Part shown: positions 51,701 through 61,706 of the stretch, piece by piece | Layout of the letters: each line of letters starts with the position of its first letter | How positions within the stretch are numbered: the stretch's first letter is position 1 | Source of the DNA: Amoebophrya sp. A120 | Taxonomy: Eukaryota > Protista > Dinoflagellata | Assembly (NCBI GenBank): GCA_905178155.1 | Contig: CAJINV010000002.1 | Location: 12,161,621-12,225,620, forward strand | Reading direction: 5' to 3' | Length of the DNA: 64,000 nucleotides | Made by a program: the position numbers and the translations under genes | Notes under the pieces: model-generated | Told to the model about the DNA's origin: nothing | The model's database searches: none | What the model saw: the letters and a program-made list of their open reading frames with translations, nothing else

Positions 51701-53409
51701 ATTTTCGTGAACACCAACACCGACAGCATTTCTTTCGTTTCTTTCGATCTCGCTGGAGAAGTGAACGGATGCCATCCGTTCACTCTGCGCGATATTCTTG
51801 TTTAGCGAAACAGGTTTCTTATTCTTCGTCTTGAAGGAGTGCGGGCGTGCCTGCTTGTTCTTTGTTCGAGCTTTTTTCTTGTTACTGCCTTCTCTCTTGA
51901 TAGTTTTTTTGTTGCTCCGATGAGCACGATGTGTGCGTTTGGTTTTCGTTCTTCTTTTCCGTGAGGATCGCCGTCGGATTTTTCGCGAATATTTTCTGGA
52001 AGGCGGCGTGCTTGTCAGCGTCTCCAAAGATGACTGATGTCCATCGTCATCTGTGGGGGTTCCCATTTTTTCATCCTGAAGAAGGAGAGCCGGGTCATCA
52101 GCATCGTCAGAGCCCGTCTCCTCGCTCTGCCCATCTTCTTCATCGTCGTCTGGATCTTCCATCGCGAGCAGAACGTCCTGGGTCCAGGTCTGGCCAACCA
52201 TACGCGCGTCGCAGATGGAGACTTGCTTTTCGTTCGTGCAATTGGCCGAGGAGCCGACACCCAGTTTGGCGGTGGAGTTATCAGCATCGTCGCTGGACGA
52301 GGAAGATGAAGCACTTCTCCCGCTGCGTGAAGATCCTTCTTCACTCTCGGAGAACTGCTCGACAGGCTGCCCATATTCGTCCGCACAAACACCAAACCTC
52401 GTGGCCTATGGAAGGAAACCAAAGCGTCCCCCGTAGCAGCCACCGAACAAGCATGATCGGCAGCAAGGTCTTCATTGCATTTCAATTATACAAATCAGAG
52501 TTTTGTTTTTCAATGTTTACGTTTTTGCGTCAACATCTTCTTCTGCTCACGTAGTCAGTGACTACATCTTCTGCTTCATCTACATCCTTCAGTATACAGA
52601 AGTGTCTTGCAGCTCAAGCGCCGGCGGTCTTGCGCTTGCCTTGGTTCTTCCACCGGAGCAAGCTGTCAGCATGCCTTATTCACCATATGCATATCTTTTA
52701 GAAGAATGACCCACGCGGGCATGACGCACCATGAGCAGAAATTTTCTGGAGCTGCATGAAGAGCAAACAAGTAAGGTAGAACGCAACGGTGGACCACATG
52801 GCTCCTTCGATATGGCATGGGCCCCCCGGAGCACCTTCAGTACTTCTTCGGCTGACCATTCCACAGGATTCTTCTGGTATTTTTCCCGAATATCCGCTGC
52901 CTTTTGTGCCAGCTCCAAGATGGAGCACTTTTCCGTTTTTATCCAGCAGAAAACACCCATCCCCATCCATTCTTTGCATGAAAAGCAGTGGATTTAAATT
53001 TTATGCATCATGTTTTGCATGACAAATTGGATGGTCGTGATGGGTTTTTTTTGTGGATAGTTTCGTAGTCAATGCTACCGGTGGTGAGGCGCCAAGTGAC
53101 AAATTGCATGGTTGGCACCTGCTCAGGTTGGAGCATACGCGGTTTTACGGATCCGATCAAGTTGATCGATTCAGTGGCGTACAACTCGTGTTCTACTTGT
53201 GCGTCTCTCGCACGCTCCTTTTCCTCTTCAGGATGGACTGCATCAACATCCGCACTGTAAAGTCGCCTGTATGTAATTTTCCGGGTTGCCTTAGCTTTCA
53301 CAATTAGTAAATCGATTTCCGAAACGTCGCCCACCGAGATGAAAACGAATAAGAATCTACAACCACGCCAGCCGAGGGCTCCAACACTAGTACCCAGGCG
53401 CAAACACAA
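45729..53409 (-). CDS. Large secreted protein of unknown family, paralogue 2 (multi-exon; probably continues to exons at 56444-58131)
   Basis: Colinear homology with paralogue 1: VTWR.TT.S..YE.EKC, WTQDVL, SGI.L.GCR, WCYT.D.N.EIL.R, HSLYK, KFVPR.E.VAELC, DATLKGC, and KTHSDMKQQRKL vs KSHFNLKEQAKL. Junctions near 50040-49760 and 48970-48700 are not resolved. Confidence 0.75.
45948..46894. mobile_element. Introner, 947 bp
   Basis: TIR TATCCAGCCGAAAAGTGCCC vs TATCTTCTCGAAAATTGCCC; removal joins LKGCLQ to KTHSDMK, as predicted by paralogue 1. Confidence 0.8.
47532..47710. mobile_element. Introner of the CCCATCCCCATCCA family, 179 bp, opposite orientation
   Basis: TIRs CATCCCGGAAAAAACACCCATCCCCA and TATCCACAAAAAAAGACCCATCCCCA; perfect TSD TGCTC; interior is the reverse complement of the 44034 copy plus an insertion; removal joins AREH-EGLL. 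Confidence 0.9.
49208..49656. mobile_element. Introner, 449 bp (degenerate)
   Basis: TAT...ACTTCC..CAGCA at both ends inverted; TSD GTGGA/GATGA; removal gives EENVD-VELRANPEK, matching paralogue EENVDKEMIAAPQK. Confidence 0.7.
52407..52812. mobile_element. Introner, 406 bp
   Basis: TIR TATGGAAGGAAACC vs TATCGAAGGAGCC; TSD TGGCC/TGGCA; removal opens a frame continuous with ORF 50009..52201. Confidence 0.8.
52940..53059. mobile_element. Introner of the CCCATCCCCATCCA family, 120 bp
   Basis: Family TIRs; TSD GTTTT/GTTTC; removal gives IDYETEKC, aligning gap-free with paralogue KEYEDEKC. Confidence 0.92.
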
Positions 53410-53428
53410 GCAAATCCAGGGAGAATGT

Positions 53429-56042
53429 AGTTCAAACTAAGCTCACGCTCCATCAAGGTGCTCTGACTGGAGGTAGTCTATTACAGCTTGGATGGCCATT
53501 AGATTTCTCTGTGGTGAATTTCCGGTGATTTTAGGGGCCTGCAAGAGTTTGATAGTGGCTCCGCGAATACTCTTTCCCGCAAGTATCGACATCCACCCGA
53601 TGAAGAAGCCGGGGCGACCTAACGCTTAAATGGCTCCCGGTGGTGACGGAATTTTTCCCGGGAAAAAAAACGGGATGGGGCGCCGCAGTGTGTAGCTGCA
53701 TTGTCAGCGCCCTATCCCCCGGGTGATGAGTTGCGAAGTAGCTTCGCGTGGTTACTTTTTGTTTTGTGGGTGCTGCGGATGGCTTGCCGGGCTCGGTGGT
53801 CTGGGTCTGCCAGATGCTCTCTGCTTCGGCAAATCGCAGCAATTCAATGTCTTGCGCGACCTTGTGGCGTGCTTGCATTTTGTTGCTTTCGTATTTTTGC
53901 GTGCATGCGCCAAAGGGTTAGCATTTTTTGAAGCAAATGCGGGGCGGCCGTTTTGGATTTGGTTTTTCGGCTCCGGTGAATTTGGAAACGAGAGGAAAAC
54001 GAGCGCCGATTTGGTGATGGTCTGGAATCCAGAATCAGCTCGGGGTGAATTTAGGAAATTGCCGAAATTTCCTAAATTCACCAGCATGCCGTTTCTAAAT
54101 TCACCGCCAAATTCACCGATCGCAGCATACCATCGAGAAAGGGGGTACTTTTAAGCAGGTTTTTGGCGCCAAGCAGCACGGTACTACGCATCGACGATTT
54201 TTCACAAAAAAATCATCATTGCCATAGCATGGCGTTTCGCTTTGAAAAGCAGCCCTTTCCCGATGGTGCTGTTGTTTTCCCCTTGTCTTTCTTGCCCAAA
54301 ATTGAAACACGGAAGCTGAGAGTTGAAGCTGAAGGATTCAAAGTCATGAAGCCACCAAACGACTCAACTTCAGCAAAAAAGAAAAAAGTAGCCGCCTGCC
54401 AAGGGTGTTGCGTGGTGCGGATTTTCATCCAAACGGATTGACCCATGCCAGGGATCATAACGGGCGGGGCGACTTCTGTTTTTGCCTTCCATTTCGCAGA
54501 CCACGACTACCCTGAAAGCCGAATGGTGACACAGGACCGCCTTCAAAAATCACTGGAAATTCACCGGCCTTAAAGTTCAAACTAAGCTCACGCTCCATCA
54601 AGGTGCTCTGACTGGAGCCACTACCCTAGACCCCGGAGAGCTGCTCTGAGTTCCAGACCCATCGAGGTGCTCTGACATGGAGAGCACTGAGTTCCAAACC
54701 ACCTACCCTAGTCCCTTGTACTCCGAGGTGTAACTGTAAGAGCCCTGCCAAATGAAAAGGGACGCGCTGAACCAGCCCGGACACGACATGGGAGACCGTG
54801 AAAAACCAGGAGAGGAGAGCAAGCAAACCCATTGCAACCTTCTTGCGAACAACTAAGGGCCACGCCTACCTAGACCTGCTAGGAGTAGGCCCCACACCAT
54901 GCCAATCCGTGTGGGCCCCAACCACTGCTATGCAGCTGCCAATCCGTGTCTGTGGCCCCACACCATGCCAGAGATTAAACCCTGCACCAACCAAACCACC
55001 AGAGCCAAGCCTGTCCGTACTTCGCAAGAACGTGCGACGTCTTCGCCTGCCGCTATTCATACCGCTGATTATGAGCCAAGGCCACGCTAGCTTTCCACTC
55101 CCTGCGACATCCTCGCATTAGTTACCCGCGCGCGCAACCGAAGCAGCGCGACAAGACCTCTATCAGCCTACCCAGTACCCCCGTGCTTCCGACCTAGTGA
55201 GGGCGAAGGGATAATAAATCACAATCAACAACGTAGGCAATAAGCAAGAGCTCTACGCTTGTCTCCTAACCGTGTCGTGCGCGAGAGCACTACCATAGTG
55301 CCTAGTTCCCGGCTCCCTCCTAGCCGTGCCCCCGGTACTAAATAGCAACACCGAAGTCGCTGTGCGTGCCAGCCATGCCTTGTCCCTGAACCCTGACGCC
55401 CTGCTCCGCGAAGTTGAGCAGCCTAGACTTTTCATCGGAGAATTTGAGCGAACCCGACCCCCAGCCCCCCCACCGGGACCGGGTCCAGTCGTCGCACCAC
55501 CATCCATGACCATAGCCGTGCCTATCCCTACACCAATGCCAGCGCCCTCCCAGTCCCGGGCTAGTGAAGATAAAAAGTAAAAGGAAAATAAGTGAAAAAT
55601 GATAATCGTGTGCCAGCCTCCGAGACCTTCCGCGCATACGGTCCTTGCCTTGCCCCGCGGGCCCTGATGTCCTGCTCCGGGAAGCAGAGCTGCCTAGCCT
55701 AGCCCTAACCTCAAGAGAGTTTCCGCGATCCCGGCCCCTGGTCACCTCATCACGACCAGGTCCAGCCGTCGCCCTGCCGCCTACGGCCGTTACCATGCCA
55801 AACCTACATCGGCCCCACAGTCAAACTAGACTGGGTCCAGCCAATCGAAAGAAAAATCCTGGCACGCCCCCCGCCTTGAATGCGGGTCCAGTCGTGCCGC
55901 CTTGCATTAGCTTACCAGGGATCTGCTAGCCCTTTTCCATCGAACTCTCGTCCTTTCCGTCACTTACTCGAAAATGATGCACCGAGGTGCATCCGTAACT
56001 AAGCTCACGCTCCATCAAGGTGCTCTGGCTGGAGGTAGTCTA
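53429..56042. repeat. Three dispersed ~45-50 bp direct repeats (53429-53480, 54574-54617, 55997-56042) bounding two unrelated 1.1-1.4 kb segments
   Basis: aactaagctcacgctccatcaaggtgctctg(a/g)ctggag x3; partial fourth copy near 54659-54682. Confidence 0.92.
53513..54565. mobile_element. Putative non-autonomous inverted-repeat element (GGTGAATTT class)
   Basis: 20-bp IR GGTGAATTTCC(G/A)GTGATTTT at 53513-53532 and 54546-54565; internal GGTGAATTT/AAATTCACC copies at about 53974-54117. Confidence 0.6.
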
Positions 56043-56443
56043 GCCCTAGCGTAGCAGAGGTTCGGTGCGCTTCAACCTAAAGGAGCACCGCAAGAATTCC
56101 CTAAAATTTCCGCAGTTTCTCTTTCTACACTTATTTCCCGTGATGTGGATCAGATTCCTGATGTGGCGAAGACAAAGATGGGGCGCGTTCTGAGAAAGCA
56201 GGAACGACCTAGGGCATGCCGGAGCCAATTCTGCGCATCCTCGGATTTCCGATTCCTCACACGGGAACTGGTGCGCCATAACTTCGCACCTTTTGACCCA
56301 TTTGTCATTTGTTTAAGTTTGTGGGCCTAAATTATGCCACTTTTCTTTTGAAAATGAATTTATTTTTGAGCTAATGAAGTTGAAGTATTTGAACTTAGAG
56401 CCTCTTTCGGTAGATTTACGAATGAAAAAGCTAGGTGTAGTAC

Positions 56444-58131
56444 GTGCCAAACGCGGAGAGTTCCCCAGTATCTTCACTATCACGCTCATCTTCCAGTGTT
56501 GCACGGTCATTTTCTACTCGTCCGTCCAGTCTTGGGGGAGCTGCTTGTTCTGCTCCGGGTGGATAGCCTTCATCTTCCACTTCCGCCTCTCCATCCGAGT
56601 TTACCACGAGTCGCAGCTTCAACCCGCGGCCAGAAAGCGTTTCGTCACGCAACCTCATCTCGTTGAGCATGCGAGCCCGTTTTGCGTCTTCTTCGTTCGA
56701 GAACTCACTGCCGTCCTCGTCCCCCGGCGGACCGATTTGCATATCGACGAGAAAAGTGTGTAGGCGCAGCAAAGAACTTTTATGGCCGAGCAACATGCAA
56801 TTGCAATCGGTGCGCATACGGGAGGAACTTTCTATATCTAGAGATAGACATACGCCATCGATGACGTGTGTTGCATGTTGCTCAACGCAAATCACCGCTC
56901 AATTAAAGTATAGGCTCATTTTTACAAGATAGATACGCCAAGTGCAATGAAAAATCAAAATGAAAATGGTTATATGCTGTCACGGATGCATGGCAAAGGG
57001 GGCATGTCGTGGCTCAACATCCTAGGACAGCAACTAGTGGTCCTCGTTCCTCCTCCTCGTGCTAAAAGTTCAATACACTGGCACCCGTTCTTTTTTTCTC
57101 GGGTATTCGGATTTTCCGACCTGGTCCCAGAGCTGCTCTTCAGCATCCTGTGCGCTTTCACTTTCCTCAGTGCGCGGCGTTGTTCGATGTGCAGTTTTTT
57201 GATCACGTTGCTCGTGCTCCTCCTGTGCAGTACTGCTAGCATTCCTAGGTCTTGATGGGTCCAGAGTCTGTGGGTCTTCCTCCTCTTTTTCCGGGAATTC
57301 GTCGCGTCCCCGGCCGGGAGATTTTCCATTTTGTGCGGTAGGCGTGGTTTTCTTGTTTCTGGCAAACGACGGAAATGATTTTTTCAAAGATTTTTTCAGT
57401 ACTTTGTCGACGAGCCATGCGTTTGTTCCTTGTATCGCCGCTTCTTGCTCTAGCTCTACTTGCTCTGCAACTTCTGCTGTGTGTGCTAGGTCAGCGACGT
57501 CCGCGTAAGATTCTTCCAGTGCCTCCTTCGCTTTGTCCCGGTAGAAATGTTCATTTGCTTCCTCTTGTTTATTCGTCCCATCGCGGTCCTCTCCCAGTTG
57601 ATCGCGCAGGTCAACACTCTCGTCCTCTCGTTCATCTGGCTTTCCTGTTAACGAGGAAGACGAAGATTCTTCCCCCGCAGGCCCCAGGATAGCGGCGAGG
57701 GGAACCCTGTCCCGGTGCGTTGCATCCGTGCCAATGTGTGGACGAAACTCTTCCCGCTGCTGCTGCATTTCCTCGGTTTGTAGCTCCCTTCTCGGGCTGC
57801 GTTCAATATCGTTTTTAACAGCGGGAGCGGTCTCTACTGGTACATCCGAAGATGCAGCTGCGATTTCCACGCGCTCAAGAAAGCCTACACCCCAGGTTGA
57901 CGTTGGGAACAAGCTACCCGTGAGGAACAGGATGAATTTGAATTGCCGTGGTCGTGCCGATGATAAACAAAAACACAGCTGCACCAGAGCCGCCATCTTG
58001 CTTTTGCAAGGCCCGGCGAAAAAGCGAAAACTCGTCGTCCTGCCCGGCCGCTTCGTTCCGTATGTGTCGAGTAGAAAGAGATCCTCCTGTGCGCCCGCAA
58101 ACGCACTGCGAAATAAATGTTCGATCTTCAT
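56444..58131 (-). CDS. Acidic secreted-protein exons (58131-~57080 and ~56741-56444), probably the 5' part of paralogue 2
   Basis: Signal-like FKFILFLTGSLF then GFLE; the two ORFs join in frame across a TAT-bounded intron ending at 56742; phase-2 donor AC|GTAC (56443) matches phase-2 acceptor TACAG|T (53255). Confidence 0.6.
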
Positions 58132-59440
58132 CTTCCTTGTTTATGTTTTCATCATCGATTTTTTCGTCACGTCTCCTTTTCGATGCGATGAATAAACTTA
58201 AAAACCGAGAAAGAGAAATCTTCCGTCCCTTGGTCGGTGTTAGTACTCCTTCTGCTTCCCGTTCGCCTCAGATGTAGTCGGAAAAATAAACATGGAGCGG
58301 TATCAAAACAGCACCAGCAGCCAAAAAATATATTTACTTATTAACTCACAAAAATTGACTTACGACTAGTACATTCGAAGAAGGAGATGAAGCGCTTATC
58401 AGTACAAAAATTACATTCATAGTCAAGTAGTTCAGACGAAAAAGCGTTTTTCCTGTTGACGTCGTAGATTTGATGAAATGGCGTTAAACATAACAAGGAG
58501 CGTTCTACTTGTGGCTTCTTGTTCATTTTTGTTAGCCCGATTTGAGTTAGTATCATAAAGTCACAAACACGCCATTTGTACGGCACTACATCCGTAGAGG
58601 GCATCGCTGCGCAGATTCATTCTCAAAATGACCGACAAACATCATGATGAAACGTGGCAACCGACACCACGAGCAGGTAGTCTATTTTCTTATACGTGCA
58701 AACATCAACAGACACTGAGTCCGGGGCGGTCAGCCTGAAACTCATGCGGCAGCAAAACCGAAAAAAACAATAAGCAATAGCAATTCATCCGATAACAAAT
58801 TTCCTGCAGGCGACCACACCGATTCAAAGTCAAACTCCAAGATGACAGTAGAGACCGACTTCACGTGTCACGCTGGCAACTGGACTCAGCGGCACCAGTT
58901 CTTGTGAAAAACCGACTACGAAGGAACGTCGAGCAAGGGATTCATAGAAAGAATCCACCACGACCAGCAGCAGTGACAAAAACTGATGCGAGTCTTCGGG
59001 TGTCAGATGAATTAGGTCATTCAGGAGCTCCTCATGTCTAATAAGGCTTATTGTTTCGCATTCGCGGCCGCTGTTTCAGCAGAGGAGGGTCAAAGTTATA
59101 TATTCACATTCAGGTCCATTTGACTCTCAGCATGAAAGTGAAAGTTCACGAGGATGGACTTGGATGGATGCGAATGCGATGACCCTGAAAATTAATTTAA
59201 GGGATTGATATGCTGGCGCAGCTGTGGCTGTGCTTCGTGGCCTTCAGGTTCGACATTGAATTTGCCCGTACTGGTTTTGGTGGCCTTCAACTGATGCTTT
59301 CACTTTCATCACTTCTACTGATTCTTCTTTTTGCTTTACCGGTGTCCACCTGTTCCGTGAATCAGTATCGGCTCTCCCCTTCGAAGGCGCCATCCTGTCT
59401 CCGGAGCGGCTGCGGCATAATACACAGCTCGCCACAGCGA

Positions 59441-60469
59441 TCACGACAGTATTCTCGCTTTTCCTACAACAGTTTGAAGCTCTACTACATTATTTACGTT
59501 TCCACCAATGCCAGAGCCCCAGCTATCCGCCGATATTGGCGGCCGCAAGGTCGATTCAATTTTGTTTGGTGCAGAATTTTTACGTGCTGGCGCATTTTCA
59601 ACAGATGATGCAGCGGGGGCTCGAGCTCCGGCATAGCCGTGCACATATTCTTGCTCACCAGCAGCAGGTATCGACAAAAAGATTGCGTCGGCATGAGTGT
59701 TCAATCGGTTTCTCAACAAGTGGAAGTAACAACGCCAAAAGAGGGCTTCTTTCATTCGCTGCGGAACGAGCCTGAAGCGAACTGCCTTCATATCGGGGGG
59801 CGAAAGATCCAAAATCAGTTGCCCGTATCTCTCCACGAGCTCCTCCGTCTTTCGCGCATGGTCCCCTGCGCTCGATTGCTGCGGCGTACTGCTGGCAAAA
59901 ACTTCTCGAGTGTTCAGAATAAGCTCCTCCAGATCTTCCTCGTTATCCTCCCGCTGATGATCATGTCTTGACGAAGTCGATGATCGAAACGCTGACTCTG
60001 CTGGTTCGCGAACAGAGGCTGTGGCGCTCGAAGGAGCATATGATCCAGCAGGGTAAAGATTATCAGCACGCCCCCGACCTCCTCCGAAATTCCTCTCGGA
60101 CGAGCTGCTGTGCTGTCCATCTACTTCTTCTAATTTTTTGCGTTCTTCAACATGTCGTTCTGCCGCTGCGTGGCAGCTTCGGCCTAGTTTTCGAATACAT
60201 CGCGCCACGGCTTCAGGGTCTGCCTCGCCAAGAGCAATTGCAGTTGTTGTAGAAGTAGATGAAGCTATGCCTTTTTCGCTTTCAGACCTTGGTGCTCGCG
60301 AAGACGCCGCGACAGCACTGGCACTTGGACTTGACTTCTTCGTAGAAGTAGATGAGCTCGGCTGCAGGACGTGGTAGTCCTCAGTGAGGGCCCACGTTGC
60401 CAACTCGCGCAACAACCGGCACTGCTCGATCTGCGCAATAGTCTCCTGCCGAGAATTTTTTTGTCCCAT
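59441..60469 (-). CDS. BSD-domain protein
   Basis: VRFRLVPQRMKEALFWRCYF is the BSD signature (LVP....E..FW..YF); N-terminal MGQKNS could be myristoylated. Confidence 0.85.
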   Translation of the reverse strand: MGQKNSRQETIAQIEQCRLLRELATWALTEDYHVLQPSSSTSTKKSSPSASAVAASSRAPRSESEKGIASSTSTTTAIALGEADPEAVARCIRKLGRSCHAAAERHVEERKKLEEVDGQHSSSSERNFGGGRGRADNLYPAGSYAPSSATASVREPAESAFRSSTSSRHDHQREDNEEDLEELILNTREVFASSTPQQSSAGDHARKTEELVERYGQLILDLSPPDMKAVRFRLVPQRMKEALFWRCYFHLLRNRLNTHADAIFLSIPAAGEQEYVHGYAGARAPAASSVENAPARKNSAPNKIESTLRPPISADSWGSGIGGNVNNVVELQTVVGKARILS

Positions 60470-60722
60470 TGTTCGTGTGCTTAATAGATACTCATACTAC
60501 ACCTACATCAACTGGGCTGCCACGACCCAAGAGAACCTCAATCCACGGGCACGATCGTCAATCTTACTGAGAATAGATACGGCTACGCGTACGCATCCGA
60601 AGATTTTTTAATAATTACATGCAAATGAAGATTTTGATTTTTCGCCTGTGCTGCGGAGCAATAACATCAGACATCTGCTGCTATCTAATGAGAAACAAAA
60701 AGAAACAAAAACAACGACATTC

Positions 60723-60799
60723 GGTGTAGGAGCACAATAATTGTGCTCCTACACCAATTGTAGCAGTACTACTACGGTAGTAGAAGTACTGCTACAATT
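60723..60799. repeat. Two abutting perfect hairpins
   Basis: ggtgtaggagcacaat-a-attgtgctcctacacc (16-bp stem) followed directly by aattgtagcagtact-N14-agtactgctacaatt (15-bp stem). Confidence 0.9.
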
Positions 60800-61706
60800 A
60801 CAGTAGAGTACTCAAATCGAACTGTCAGACGCAGCGAGGAACATATTCTCCAGCTCTACATGGAAGAAGAGGACCACGGCGAGCTGATTTCTACAGAAGA
60901 AAATGAACAAAGCGATACTCACGTCAGTTTGACGAGAGATCTTCAAACGCGATAATAAATTAGGCGTAGTATGTGCTTTCTGTATACATTCGTGGCCAAT
61001 ATCAATTGCATTTCGAAATCAAAATGTTGATACAGGATGTGGCTGTAGTGGGTGAAGCTGCCTAAAAATTCGCGTTTATCCGATTTTCGTTTCCGCCAAT
61101 TCGTCACGCTTATTCTTACAGAATAAGTGGGAGGAGATTTAAATACAGACACAGAAAGGAATTAGTGTAGTGTGAAACTCGCTCCACAATCGCATTCACA
61201 TCAACTTCAACACATAAGCGCCACTGGTGTCATAAAAATAGCAAGCTGCACGGACAGCATCCTCCATGTAAATCCATGAGTTGTACTTCTTCTACTTTTT
61301 AGCTAACAGAGTTGATGAATGTTTGAATTTCACGAACAAGCAATGCAAATGCAAACCTATCAGTTTCAGTGGGTCGAAATATTAAACAGAATGATATATT
61401 ATTGTAATTGTTGATATTCATAATGTGCAGTATTTCAAGTTAGGATGATTGAAGATGAAACTTTTTTAGTACTCCCGTGCTTCATTAACATTTTCGCCTT
61501 CCTCTTTCGCGGCTGGAAAAGGAGGAGTAGATCTGTTGATAGATGCACCAGAACATGCAGAGGATCGTCCTGCTCCACCTGCTGAGCTAAAACTAATTTC
61601 GAATAATTTCAACCCTGCATATTCCTTCGCCTTGTCAAGTAGATCGACTAGGACTACAGTACTGACAACTTCGACCCGTTAGAATCGATTCTTGCGCCGT
61701 TGATCC

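Noticed and set aside
53429-56042. CRISPR-like reading of the three direct repeats
   Set aside because: Spacers are over 1 kb and unequal, the context is eukaryotic and there are no cas genes.
58200-59400. Short ORFs in AT-richer intergenic stretches (also 32100-33600, 37800-39100, 44500-45700)
   Set aside because: No motifs or coding-like composition; likely UTR or intergenic. No tRNA or rRNA recognised.
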